Of a stretch of DNA of 64,000 nucleotides, positions 19,845-30,047 are shown in pieces. The notes under the pieces were generated by a model. The model worked only from the letters and a program-made list of their open reading frames with translations. It did not search any database and was not told the origin of the DNA. Every line of letters starts with the position of its first letter. Positions within the stretch are counted from its first letter, which is position 1. The stretch lies in assembly GCA_002457485.1 (NCBI GenBank), contig NTJL01000002.1, positions 7,188-71,187 of the forward strand. Direction: 5' to 3'. The stretch is from Pelagibacterales bacterium MED-G42. GTDB lineage: Bacteria > Pseudomonadota > Alphaproteobacteria > Pelagibacterales > Pelagibacteraceae. Both the position numbers and the translations under genes were made by a program.

Positions 19845-20936
19845 TGAATTTTATGAAGGGATTTTTCTAAAAATTGATCTATTTCACCGTCTAAAACTTT
19901 ATCAGGACTACTGCTTTCAAAATTTGTTCTATTATCTTTAACTAACCTGTAAGGTTGCAAAACATAAGATCTAATTTGGTGGCCCCATCCTATTTCTGAT
20001 TTTATGGCCTCATTATTTTGATTTTTTTCATTTTTTTTCTTAGTTTCATAATCATACAATCTAGCTCTCAACATATTCATGCAAGTTTCTTTATTTTTAT
20101 GTTGAGATCTTTCGTTTTGACACTGGACTACAATTTTTGAAGGTAAATGAGTAATTCTAACAGCGCTATCTGTGGTATTCACATGTTGTCCTCCTGCTCC
20201 ACTTGAGCGATATGTATCTACTCTTAGATCTTTCTCAGTAATTTCTATGTTTATATTATCATCAACTACTGGATACACCCAGACACTTGCAAAGCTAGTA
20301 TGTCTTCTTGCTCCTGAGTCAAACGGTGAGATCCTTACTAATCTATGTATACCTGACTCTCTTTTTAACCAACCAAAAACATAGTCTCCTTCAATTTTAA
20401 TTGTTGATGATTTAATACCTGCTTCTTCACCTTTATGTTCACTTATTAAATTTGATTTAAAACTTTTACTATCCGACCATTTAAGATACATTCTCCTGAG
20501 CATGTCAGCCCAATCTTGACTTTCAGTTCCCCCTGCTCCAGCATGAATTTCTATATAACAATCAAATGCGTCAATTTCATCAGACAAAAAACATTTTATC
20601 TCATTTTTTTTTACAGATATTTTTAAATCTTTAATATCTTTCAAAATTTCTAATTTAATAATATCGTTATTTTCCTCAGAAGCTAATTGATTTAAATCTT
20701 CAAGATCTTTTAATTTTTCAATAGAAAAATTGTACGAATGTATTAAATCTTCAAATAATTTTTTTTCTTTTATAATAATTTTTGAATTGTTTTTATCTTG
20801 CCAAAAATTAGAGTCTAACATTTGGGTATTGAGTTTTTTTAGTTTTGATTCAATATTATTTTTTTCAAAGATACTCCTTAATTCTTTGATTAATTTTTTC
20901 TATTTCCTCTTTAAAATTAAAATAATCTTTTTCCAT
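19841..20936 (-). CDS. prfB: Peptide chain release factor 2 (programmed +1 frameshift after codon 23; about 364 aa)
   Basis: GAGGTESQDWA, SPF and GGQ motifs. An upstream mini-ORF from ATG 20936 (MEKDYFNFKEEIEKINQRIKEYL) ends in CTT TGA; the +1 frame continues into the 19841..20821 ORF. Confidence 0.95.
20864..20879 (-). promoter_or_regulatory. prfB programmed frameshift cassette
   Basis: Minus strand AAGGAG-TAT-CTT-TGA-A: internal SD, 3-nt spacer, slippery CTT-T, in-frame UGA. Confidence 0.92.
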
Positions 20937-23272
20937 TAATAAAACTTTAATATATTATTTTCAGCTAATCTATTACTATTTAAATCTATTACTTTACCAT
21001 TAAGTACATTATGATCCTTATACGCTTCTATGATTGTATTTTTTGATGAAAAATTTGCTTTTTGTCCAGATATAGGGTCTATAACCATCATAGTAATTTG
21101 ATCGGCAACTTTAAAAGGCCTGGCGTCAGATTTTTTTATAGCTTTTTTGACGAAATTCTCAAAAATTGGTAATGCAGTTTTTGAACCAGTCTCATACTTA
21201 CCCAAAGGTTGAGGTTTATCTGCACCAATATAGACACCTATCAACAAATTTGAAGTATAACCAATAAACCAAGTATCTGTATTTTTATTTGTTGTTCCAG
21301 TTTTTCCAGCAATATTCAATTTTAAATCTTTTAATTTTTTTGCAGTGCCTCTATGTATTACTCCTTCTAATATTGATGTCATCTGAAAAGCAGTTTGAGG
21401 TGAAAATATCTGTTTATAATTATTTTTAATTTTAGGATAATCATTACCTAAATATGAGATTTTATCACAATTTGTACATTTTCTTTTATCATTATTAAAA
21501 ATAGTTTTTCCCTCACTATCTTGAATTCTGTCTATCATAATCGGATCAACTAATTTTCCACCATTAATAAATACTGAATAAGCTGATGTAAGTTTAAGTA
21601 GGGTAGTTTCTGCAGATCCTAGAGAAATAGATAATAGTTCATCAGGGTTTTCATAAATTCCTAAATTTTTTGAAAAATCAATAATCTTTTTAATGCCCAA
21701 ATTTTGAGCAATTCTTACAGTCATCAAATTTCTAGATTTTTCTAATCCTGTTCTAAGTGTTGATCGACCATAAAACTTTTTACCATAATTTTCGGGTTTC
21801 CACATCTTTAAATCAGTACCTTGCTCTAAAACGAGAGGTGCATCTAAAATTATTGAAGAAGGTGTATAATTATTTTCTAGTGCTAAAGCATAAATAAAAG
21901 GTTTAAAAGCAGAACCTGGTTGTCTTTGTGCTTGAGTAGCTCTGTTAAATTCACTTTTTTTAAAACTAAATCCTCCACTTAATGCTAACACCCTTCCAGT
22001 ATAAGGATCCATTACTACTATACCTCCATTTACTTTAGGAAGTTGTTTTAGGGTAAATTTATCATCCTTAATATGTTCCACATAAACTATATCTCCAACT
22101 TTTAACAGCTCATTAAATTCTTTTTTTGTCCAAGAAATATCTTTATATTCTATTTCACCTTGCAATTTATTTTGAATTTCAATATCAACAGAAAACTTAT
22201 TAATTTGTTTTATAATTGCTAATTTCCAATTTATGCTGTCCTCTATCATGAATTTATCTAAACCCTCATACCAATTATCTGAATATTTTCTATTGATAAG
22301 ACTTCCTCTCCATCCTTTTCTTTTATCATATGAAATTAAACCATCCCTTAAGGCTTTTGTTGCAATTTTTTGAAGTTCTAAATTGATAGGAGTATTTATA
22401 TTAAATCCTTGTTTATAAACTTTATCGTATGTTAAGTTTTCAATAATATTTTTTCTAACATCCTCTATATAATATTGAGCATCTTCTAAAAAAACTTTTT
22501 TTGTCTTATTTAAAATAATTTCTTTATTTTTAAGTTTAAGGTACAAATTTGTGTCTATATATCCATTATCAAATAAATTTTTTAACACTAAATCTCTTCT
22601 AAATTTTGCTAGATCAATATTTCGATAAGGGTTATAACGACTTGGAGCTTTAGGAAGGGCTGCTAATAATGCAGCCTCATTATAGTCCAAATCTTTGATA
22701 GATTTATCAAAATATTCTAAACTTGCTGCTGCAACTCCATAAGTTCCACTTCCTAAATATATTTGATTTAAGTATAATTCCAATATTCTCTCTTTAGATA
22801 ATGCTCTTTCTATTCTAAAAGCTAGAATGGCCTCTTTTATCTTTCTATTTAAGCTTACCTCGTTAGATAATAAAAAATTTTTAGCAACCTGCTGAGTAAT
22901 TGTTGATGCTCCCTCTAATCTTTTTGAATAAATCAAATTTTTAATATTATTAATAATTGCTCTTAACACTCCTTTTGCGTCAACTCCTGGATGAAAAAAG
23001 AAATTTTTATCCTCAGCAGATAAAAATGAATTAATAACTTTTTTTGGTATAGAATTGTAAGGAACAAAGATTCTTTTTTCTTTTGAAAAATCAGCAACAA
23101 GCTCTCCATCGCCAGAGTATACTTTGCTTGAAACAGGAGGCTTATAGTTTTTAAGAAATTTATAATCTGGGATATTATTTGAATAAGTCCATAAAATACT
23201 AAGAATACTGATTATTACAATTAAAAATAACGTAGATATTCCTATTAAAATATTTTTAAAAAACTTATTCAT
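20936..23272 (-). CDS. mrcA: Penicillin-binding protein 1A
   Basis: Transglycosylase AEDKNF, GASTITQQVAKN, RKIKE; transpeptidase SAFK, SRN, KTG. Confidence 0.93.
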   Translation of the reverse strand: MNKFFKNILIGISTLFLIVIISILSILWTYSNNIPDYKFLKNYKPPVSSKVYSGDGELVADFSKEKRIFVPYNSIPKKVINSFLSAEDKNFFFHPGVDAKGVLRAIINNIKNLIYSKRLEGASTITQQVAKNFLLSNEVSLNRKIKEAILAFRIERALSKERILELYLNQIYLGSGTYGVAAASLEYFDKSIKDLDYNEAALLAALPKAPSRYNPYRNIDLAKFRRDLVLKNLFDNGYIDTNLYLKLKNKEIILNKTKKVFLEDAQYYIEDVRKNIIENLTYDKVYKQGFNINTPINLELQKIATKALRDGLISYDKRKGWRGSLINRKYSDNWYEGLDKFMIEDSINWKLAIIKQINKFSVDIEIQNKLQGEIEYKDISWTKKEFNELLKVGDIVYVEHIKDDKFTLKQLPKVNGGIVVMDPYTGRVLALSGGFSFKKSEFNRATQAQRQPGSAFKPFIYALALENNYTPSSIILDAPLVLEQGTDLKMWKPENYGKKFYGRSTLRTGLEKSRNLMTVRIAQNLGIKKIIDFSKNLGIYENPDELLSISLGSAETTLLKLTSAYSVFINGGKLVDPIMIDRIQDSEGKTIFNNDKRKCTNCDKISYLGNDYPKIKNNYKQIFSPQTAFQMTSILEGVIHRGTAKKLKDLKLNIAGKTGTTNKNTDTWFIGYTSNLLIGVYIGADKPQPLGKYETGSKTALPIFENFVKKAIKKSDARPFKVADQITMMVIDPISGQKANFSSKNTIIEAYKDHNVLNGKVIDLNSNRLAENNILKFY

Positions 23273-23372
23273 TTTAATTCCATTATAACCTGTAATTTGT
23301 TAAAGATAAGGCAACAGAATTTAACAAAATTAATTAAACTAATTAATAAATGTATCAATTAATCAAAATATT

Positions 23373-25157
23373 ATGGAAAAAAATTTATATATCGATGCAT
23401 CGCATCCAAACGAAACTAGAGTTGTTCTTAAGTCAAATGAGAATATTGAAGACTATGAATATGAAGGTCTAAAGAATAATTTAATTAAAAATAATATTTA
23501 TCTAGGTAAAGTTAGTAGAATAGAACCATCGCTTCAGGCTGCTTTTATTGATTTTGGTAGAGAGAAACATGGTTTTTTATCGTTTAATGATATTCAATCA
23601 GATTACTATCAAATTCCTAAAGGTGATTTAGAAAAAATAAAAAAAGAGGAAGAACAAGCACGAGAAGAACTTTCAAAACAAATAGAAGCCAAAGAGGAAG
23701 AAAATATTGCAAAAGGTAAATTAGAAATTGATGATCCTATAGAAAAAGAGATTAACGAAGAAACTGAAAATAAAGATAATTTTGATGAAGAAAAGGAAAA
23801 AAAAAAAGAAAATAAATTAAAATTTAAAAGATATAAAATTCAAGAAGTTATTAAACCAAATCAAGTAATTCTTATACAAGTTATAAAAGATGAAAGAGGG
23901 CAAAAAGGTGCTGCTTTAAGCACTTTTATTTCTATTGCAGGAAAATATATAGTATTGATGCCTAATACTCCAAAAGGAGGTGGTATTTCTAGAAAAATAT
24001 TTAATCCAGCAGACAGAAAAAAAATTAGAACTATTTTAAACGAAATTGAAATCCCAAAAGAAATGGGTTTAATTGTTAGAACTGCTGGTAGTAATAAAAC
24101 AAAAAATGAAATTAACAATGATTTGAATACTTTAATTAAAACTTGGAGCCAAATTAAAGATAACGCAATAAATTCAATTGCTCCATCCTTAATCCATCAA
24201 GAAAGTGAAATTATAAAAAGAACTCTGAGAGACATGTTTGATGACAATACTCAAAACGTTATTATAGAAGGTAATGAGGGTTATAAAAAAGCTCAATCTT
24301 TTATGAAAATGATTATGCCTTCAAGTGTAAAAAAAGTCAAAAAATATAGAGGCAAAATTCCATTGTTCATACAAGAAAATATTGAACAAAAACTAAATCA
24401 AATATTTGAGTCAGAAATAAAATTAAAATCAGGTGGGTATTTGGTCATTAATCCAACTGAAGCTTTAGTATCAATAGATATAAATTCTGGCAGCTCTATT
24501 AAGGGCAAAAATGTAGAAAGTACTGCATTAGATACAAATATTGAAGCTGCTGAAGAAATATCAAGACAAATTAAAATTAGAGATTTATCAGGATTAATCA
24601 TCATTGATTTTATTGATATGCTTAGTTATTTAAATAGAAGATTGGTTGAAAAAAAACTCAAAGAAAAATGTAGAACGGATAGAGCGCGTATTCAAATTGG
24701 AAGAATAAGTAACTTTGGTCTCTTAGAAATGTCAAGACAAAGATTAAGAGAAAGTGCAATTAAATGGAAAGTATCACTTACAAATGAGTCTTTTTCTCAA
24801 AAATTGCTTAAAACAGTAGAATTGAAAGCAGTTATAAATAAAGCAAAATTTGTAGAATTAAAAGTTTGTGAGAAAATTTCTGATTTTTTAAAAGAAAACT
24901 TTATTAATGATTTAACATATTTTGAAAAAAAAAATAAAATGACAATAGATATTATAAGTGATCCATCACTTACAATTAATGAATATATAATTAACTTTCA
25001 AAATAAATCAAAAAAGATAATCGAAATTATTGAGTATTTTGAAAAATTAAAAAATTTAGATTTACAAATTAAAGAAGATAAGATTCTTGAAAAAGAGGAT
25101 AGTAAGAAATTTAAAAAAAAACCATTCAGAAAAAAGAAATACTACAAAAAAAATTAG
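23373..25157 (+). CDS. rne: Ribonuclease E/G (compact, no long C-terminal scaffold)
   Basis: [19 protein letters not shown]1 domain with acidic insert, [26 protein letters not shown]. Confidence 0.92.
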   Translation: MEKNLYIDASHPNETRVVLKSNENIEDYEYEGLKNNLIKNNIYLGKVSRIEPSLQAAFIDFGREKHGFLSFNDIQSDYYQIPKGDLEKIKKEEEQAREELSKQIEAKEEENIAKGKLEIDDPIEKEINEETENKDNFDEEKEKKKENKLKFKRYKIQEVIKPNQVILIQVIKDERGQKGAALSTFISIAGKYIVLMPNTPKGGGISRKIFNPADRKKIRTILNEIEIPKEMGLIVRTAGSNKTKNEINNDLNTLIKTWSQIKDNAINSIAPSLIHQESEIIKRTLRDMFDDNTQNVIIEGNEGYKKAQSFMKMIMPSSVKKVKKYRGKIPLFIQENIEQKLNQIFESEIKLKSGGYLVINPTEALVSIDINSGSSIKGKNVESTALDTNIEAAEEISRQIKIRDLSGLIIIDFIDMLSYLNRRLVEKKLKEKCRTDRARIQIGRISNFGLLEMSRQRLRESAIKWKVSLTNESFSQKLLKTVELKAVINKAKFVELKVCEKISDFLKENFINDLTYFEKKNKMTIDIISDPSLTINEYIINFQNKSKKIIEIIEYFEKLKNLDLQIKEDKILEKEDSKKFKKKPFRKKKYYKKN

Positions 25158-25927
25158 ATTAAGCCTTTAGTTGGTGATGACGGATTCCCCATTAACGTCT
25201 TCTCTATTCTACCAGAATTAAAAGATTGTCTACCTGCTATAACGGCATTTTTAAAAGCAAGTGCCATTTCAAATGGTTTCTTTGCTTTTGCTATTGCAGT
25301 GTTAACTAATACTCCATCACAACCCAATTCCATTGCAATAGCTGCATCTGACGCTTGACCTAGTCCAGCATCAATAATTACAGGAAGTTTGGTTTGTTTT
25401 CTAATTATTCTAATATTTATTTTATTTTGTATACCAAGCCCAGAACCTATTGGTGCTGCTAAAGGCATTATAGCCTTAGCACCTGCATTTTCAAGTCGTT
25501 TGGCCATCAGAGGGTCATCATTGCAATAAACTAAAACTTTAAAACCCTCCTTAGTTAAAACTTCTGTCGATTTTAAAGTTTCAATCATATCAGGAAATAA
25601 ATTTAATTTATCTCCTAAAACTTCTAATTTTACTAACTTCCAACCTCCAATTTCTCTAGCAAGCCTAAGAGTTCTAAGGGCCTCTTGAGAATTAAAACAT
25701 CCAGCTGTATTTGGTAAATATTTTATTTTTTTTGGGTCTACATAATCCATTAAAAGTGGTTTTTTTTTATTTGTTATATTTACCCTTCGAACTGCAACAG
25801 TCACAATTTCAGCACCTGAAAGTTTAATTGCTTTAGCACACTCAGTCATGCTTTTATATTTGCCTGTTCCAACTATTAATCGAGAAGTAAACTTTTGTTT
25901 TGCTATAATTAGTTTGTCTTTCCTCAA
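25154..25927 (-). CDS. thiG: Thiazole synthase
   Basis: [29 protein letters not shown]. Probable TTG start at 25927 behind GGAGG. Confidence 0.95.
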   Translation of the reverse strand: MRKDKLIIAKQKFTSRLIVGTGKYKSMTECAKAIKLSGAEIVTVAVRRVNITNKKKPLLMDYVDPKKIKYLPNTAGCFNSQEALRTLRLAREIGGWKLVKLEVLGDKLNLFPDMIETLKSTEVLTKEGFKVLVYCNDDPLMAKRLENAGAKAIMPLAAPIGSGLGIQNKINIRIIRKQTKLPVIIDAGLGQASDAAIAMELGCDGVLVNTAIAKAKKPFEMALAFKNAVIAGRQSFNSGRIEKTLMGNPSSPTKGLI

Positions 25928-25928
25928 A

Positions 25929-26147
25929 TTACCCACCTCCAATAAAATGTACTATTTCAATTTTATCATTATTTTTAAGATTAATCTTTTTTATTTTTTT
26001 TTTTTCTATTATTTCTCCATTAAGTTCAATAGCTACTTTTTTTAAACGTACATCTAAAAATTTGATTAAATCTGACATTTTATAATTTTCAGGTATAAAT
26101 TTTGTTTTGCCATTTGCCCTAATTTTTATTTTTTTTACTTTTTTCAT
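25929..26147 (-). CDS. thiS: Sulfur carrier protein ThiS
   Basis: [10 protein letters not shown]-terminal EIVHFIGGG; upstream of thiG. Confidence 0.92.
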   Translation of the reverse strand: MKKVKKIKIRANGKTKFIPENYKMSDLIKFLDVRLKKVAIELNGEIIEKKKIKKINLKNNDKIEIVHFIGGG

Positions 26148-26163
26148 CGTATATAAATGGTGA

Positions 26164-26613
26164 ATGAATAATAAAATTATAGTTATTAATGGACCTAATC
26201 TTAATCTATTAGGAGAAAGAGAACAATCACAATATGGATCAATAACATTTGATAGCTTAAAAAAAGAATGTTTAAAAAAAGCTAATGAAATTCAAATTAA
26301 TTTAGAATTTGTTCAATCTAACATTGAGGGTGAAATTGTAAATTTGATACAAGAAGCAAGAAATAAACATGATGGAATTATCATTAATGCCGCGGGTTTC
26401 ACTCACACGTCAGTTGCAATTAGAGACGCTCTTAATATATTTAAAAAACCAATTATTGAATTGCATATCTCAAATATTTATAAAAGAGAAGAATTTAGGC
26501 ATAAGTCCCTAATTAGTGATATTGCAACAGGAGGTATCTTTGGTTTAGGATCAGAGGGATATATTTTGGCCATAATTTCAATACAAAAGATCATAGAAAA
26601 TGAAAGTAGATAA
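26164..26613 (+). CDS. aroQ: Type II 3-dehydroquinate dehydratase
   Basis: NGPNLNLLG.RE...YG, QSNIEG, FTHTSVA, ELHISN...REEFRH. Confidence 0.95.
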   Translation: MNNKIIVINGPNLNLLGEREQSQYGSITFDSLKKECLKKANEIQINLEFVQSNIEGEIVNLIQEARNKHDGIIINAAGFTHTSVAIRDALNIFKKPIIELHISNIYKREEFRHKSLISDIATGGIFGLGSEGYILAIISIQKIIENESR

Positions 26614-27037
26614 AAGTATAATCAAAGAATTAAGTGAATATTTAAATGAGTTTAATCTCTCAGAAATAGAAATTACAGAAAAAGATAAAAAGATAAAAGT
26701 CTCAAAAAATAATATTTCTATGAGTAATCTACAAACAAGTCCATCAAACCTATCAAATAGTACTCCCAATGAGAATGTAATAAATAAGGAAAAAACTAAA
26801 AATGGGATTGAGATAACATCGCCGATTATCGGGACTGCTTATCACGCTCCAGAACCAGGTGCAAAAAAATTTGTTGAAGTTGGAAAAAAAATTAAAAAAG
26901 GTGATACAATAATGATTGTTGAAGCAATGAAGACTATGAATCACGTTCCTTCATCATCAGATGGAATTGTAAAAGAAATATGTGTTGAAGATGGTCAGCC
27001 AGTAGAATTTGGGCAAACTATAATTATTCTTGAATAA
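26600..27037 (+). CDS. accB: Acetyl-CoA carboxylase biotin carboxyl carrier protein
   Basis: EAMKTMN biotinylation motif. Confidence 0.95.
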   Translation: MKVDKSIIKELSEYLNEFNLSEIEITEKDKKIKVSKNNISMSNLQTSPSNLSNSTPNENVINKEKTKNGIEITSPIIGTAYHAPEPGAKKFVEVGKKIKKGDTIMIVEAMKTMNHVPSSSDGIVKEICVEDGQPVEFGQTIIILE

Positions 27038-27041
27038 ATTA

Positions 27042-28379
27042 ATGTTTAAAAAAATCTTAATTGCAAACCGAGGAGAAATTGCGGTTAGAATTATAAGAGC
27101 GTGTAAAGAATGGGGAATTCCAACTGTAGCAGTTCATTCTGATGTTGATAAAGAAAGTATGCATGTGAGAATGGCAGATGAAAGTGTTTGTATTGGATCA
27201 CATCAACCTGCAAATAGTTATTTAAACATACCTGCTTTAATGTCTGCAATAGAACTTACTAAAGCAGATGCTGTTCATCCTGGATATGGATTTTTATCTG
27301 AAAATGCAAACTTTGCAAAAATTCTTGAAGATAATAAAATTAATTTTATTGGTGCGAGTTCAAAACATATTGAAATGATGGGAGATAAAATTCAAGCTAA
27401 AAGTATAGCAAAAGAATATGGACTACCTGTAATAGAAGGATCTGAAGGTGGTGTAAAAGATATTATTCAAGCAAAAGAAATATGTAAGAATGTTGGTTTT
27501 CCCATTTTAATTAAAGCTTCAGGCGGTGGTGGAGGAAAAGGTATGAAAATTGTTTATAAAGAAGAAGAATTTGAAAAATTATTTTTAACAGCAAAATCTG
27601 AGGCTAAAAAATATTTTGGTAATGATGAGGTGTATATAGAAAAATATTTTCAAAATCCTAGACATATAGAAGTTCAAATTTTAGCAGGAAAAAATAATGT
27701 TGTACATCTTCACGAACGAGATTGTTCAGTTCAAAGAAGGCATCAAAAATTAATTGAAGAAACACCTAGCCCTGTTTTAAATGATGAGGTTAGAAAAAAT
27801 CTTTTTTCAAGTACTCTAAGAATGGTAGAAAAAATAGGCTATATAGGCGCTGGAACAGTAGAATTTATATATGAAAATGAAAAATTTTACTTTTTAGAGA
27901 TGAATACAAGGGTACAAGTAGAACATCCTGTGACTGAAATGGTTACTGGTATTGATATAATTAAAGAGCAAATTTGGATCGCATATTCTGGAGAAACAGC
28001 TCTTAAACAAAGCGACATAAATCCAAGGGGTCATGCAATAGAATGTAGAATTAATGCTGAGGATGCTAGTAAAAATTTCCAACCATCGCCTGGAATAATT
28101 AGTATGTGCCACCAACCATCTGGTTTTAGAACGAGAGTAGATGGTGCAATATTTCAAGGTTATAAAGTAACTCCATATTATGACAGTATGATATGTAAAT
28201 TAATTTGCCATGGAAGAAATAGAACCGAAGCAATTCAAAGAATGAATAGATCATTGGATGAATTTGTTATAGAGGGTATCACTACGACTATCCCACTTCA
28301 CAAAAAATTGTTAAATCATAAGAAATTTATTGAGTCCAATTTTAATGTAGGTTGGCTTGATAATGAAACTATTATTTAA
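27042..28379 (+). CDS. accC: Acetyl-CoA carboxylase biotin carboxylase subunit
   Basis: KILIANRGEIA, HPGYGFLSEN, GGGGKGM, ERDCSVQRRHQK, EMNTRVQVEH. Confidence 0.96.
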   Translation: MFKKILIANRGEIAVRIIRACKEWGIPTVAVHSDVDKESMHVRMADESVCIGSHQPANSYLNIPALMSAIELTKADAVHPGYGFLSENANFAKILEDNKINFIGASSKHIEMMGDKIQAKSIAKEYGLPVIEGSEGGVKDIIQAKEICKNVGFPILIKASGGGGGKGMKIVYKEEEFEKLFLTAKSEAKKYFGNDEVYIEKYFQNPRHIEVQILAGKNNVVHLHERDCSVQRRHQKLIEETPSPVLNDEVRKNLFSSTLRMVEKIGYIGAGTVEFIYENEKFYFLEMNTRVQVEHPVTEMVTGIDIIKEQIWIAYSGETALKQSDINPRGHAIECRINAEDASKNFQPSPGIISMCHQPSGFRTRVDGAIFQGYKVTPYYDSMICKLICHGRNRTEAIQRMNRSLDEFVIEGITTTIPLHKKLLNHKKFIESNFNVGWLDNETII

Positions 28380-28783
28380 TAACAGCTTACTAACCAAATA
28401 TCATACACTGGATGATCAAAAGGTGCTATTGAAGGACTTGAGGAAAACATCCATCCATTAAAAACAAATACCTCGTTATTGTTATTATTTGTTAAGTCTT
28501 GGACTTGAATGTAAGCTGTTATATCGGGATTATCATCAAACTCTGAATTTTTACATTTTAAACTTTTTAATGATAGATCGTTAAATTTAGTTAACTCACC
28601 ATTTTTTAATTTTACTAATGTGTTTTTTGAACTAATCTTATCTAATATTTTTAAATTAGTATAAGTACCATCCAAATTATCTTTAGAGATTGAGTTATTC
28701 ACAAAAATAAAAAACCATATTATAAAAAAAAATAATAAAGAAATCTTATTCTTTCCAACTAGTATATTTTTTTTTAATAACAT
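28376..28783 (-). CDS. DUF2155 family protein
   Basis: LDKIS and F.GWMFSSSP....DHPVYDIW...C motifs; N-terminal hydrophobic stretch. Confidence 0.85.
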   Translation of the reverse strand: MLLKKNILVGKNKISLLFFFIIWFFIFVNNSISKDNLDGTYTNLKILDKISSKNTLVKLKNGELTKFNDLSLKSLKCKNSEFDDNPDITAYIQVQDLTNNNNNEVFVFNGWMFSSSPSIAPFDHPVYDIWLVSCY

Positions 28784-29105
28784 CTTTATTTTTATTTGGA
28801 TAATATGATTTTTCAGTACCTGTCAAATTTGACTGATGAGGTTTCTGCCATTCATATTTTTCTAGATCATGCTTTTTTTCTATTTTATTTGGCATAAAAT
28901 GTATCCACGAATACCATTCTACTGGAATTTTTGAGGCGTCAATTGACTCGGCATAAATTATCCATCTCTTTCCATTTTTGCTTTCATAATATTTGTTTCC
29001 TATTTTGTCACTTCCAACCAATTTTCCAAAAAAAATTGTTTTTAATCTTGTTCCAATTGTATCTTGATTCCACCAAGTGAAAATTTTTTTAAATTGTGTC
29101 AACAT
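28746..29105 (-). CDS. NADH:ubiquinone oxidoreductase NDUFA12 (17.2 kDa) family protein
   Basis: GKLVGSDKIGNKYY, RWIIY, SKIPVEWYSWIH, WQKPH..NLTGT. Confidence 0.9.
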   Translation of the reverse strand: MLTQFKKIFTWWNQDTIGTRLKTIFFGKLVGSDKIGNKYYESKNGKRWIIYAESIDASKIPVEWYSWIHFMPNKIEKKHDLEKYEWQKPHQSNLTGTEKSYYPNKNKDVIKKKYTSWKE

Positions 29106-29220
29106 AAAAATCTGTAAAATTATACAATTAAAAATTGTAAAATTTAAATTAGACTAAAATATGAATTTGTATATAAATAAATTGATTCATTATTCAAAAC
29201 TTAAAATAAATTGAGGCAAA

Positions 29221-30045
29221 ATGGCAAAATATTTAGTTGAGACCTATTACACATGTACCTTTAAGGTAAATCATTTTCTAGATGATATAAATGAGAATGA
29301 ATTAAAAAATTTAGAAAAAAGAGATGATGGTAAATTTGAAGTTTTAGATGTTAAATTAGACAACCGAAAAACTAAAAGTCTTGATCCAAATAACAATAAA
29401 GTTATTATAAATAATCACATTGAAGAGTTACAGAAAGTCAATCAAATAAAAACTTCTGGTAAAGATAACATTATTAATAATTTAAATAATTCTTCAGAAA
29501 AAAATGGAAAAAGATTTGGGATGCCTGATAGAAGAAAAGGTTATATCCAAAAAGCAACTATAGGGGATCATAAAGTTTACCTGCATACTGGAGAGTATGA
29601 AGATGGTAAAATAGGGGAAATTTTTATTGATACCAGTAAAGAAGGTGAATTAGTCAAAGCTTTAATGAATAATTTTGCAATTGCTATATCCTTGGGACTT
29701 CAATATGGGGTCCCATTAGATGAATTTATAAGCGCCTATGTAGGGACAAAATTTGAACCGTCTGGAAAAGTACAAGGTAACGATCGAATTTTAAGCGCAA
29801 CATCAATATTAGATTATATTTTCAGAGAACTTGCTATCTCATATCAGAATAGAGAAGATCTAGCCCACACACCTTCAATTGGGGGAAACGATGTTATCCC
29901 GAATGATGAGAAAAATTCTGAGGATCAAAACCAATTATTGAAAATTGTAAAAGATATCACTAGCAAAGGTTTCGTAAGAAATAATTATAAAAAAAATTTA
30001 GTTGACCTTTCAGATATAAAAATAAATTTAAAAGGTAATAAATAA
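29221..30045 (+). CDS. Stand-alone TSCPD-domain protein (C-terminal region of class II ribonucleotide reductase NrdJ) with unrecognised N-terminal module
   Basis: From 29521: [35 protein letters not shown]....[19 protein letters not shown]...F...KFEPSG...[14 protein letters not shown], which matches the alphaproteobacterial NrdJ C-terminal region. No RNR catalytic barrel. Confidence 0.8.
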   Translation: MAKYLVETYYTCTFKVNHFLDDINENELKNLEKRDDGKFEVLDVKLDNRKTKSLDPNNNKVIINNHIEELQKVNQIKTSGKDNIINNLNNSSEKNGKRFGMPDRRKGYIQKATIGDHKVYLHTGEYEDGKIGEIFIDTSKEGELVKALMNNFAIAISLGLQYGVPLDEFISAYVGTKFEPSGKVQGNDRILSATSILDYIFRELAISYQNREDLAHTPSIGGNDVIPNDEKNSEDQNQLLKIVKDITSKGFVRNNYKKNLVDLSDIKINLKGNK

Positions 30046-30047
30046 TC

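Noticed and set aside
19841-20936. prfB as a pseudogene or assembly frameshift error
   Set aside because: The break is exactly the SD-TAT-CTT-TGA programmed frameshift cassette.
29106-29220. NrdR boxes upstream of the nrdJ remnant; palindrome TACAATT-AAA-AATTGTA at 29123-29139
   Set aside because: It does not fit the NrdR consensus, and AT-only palindromes of this size are expected by chance.
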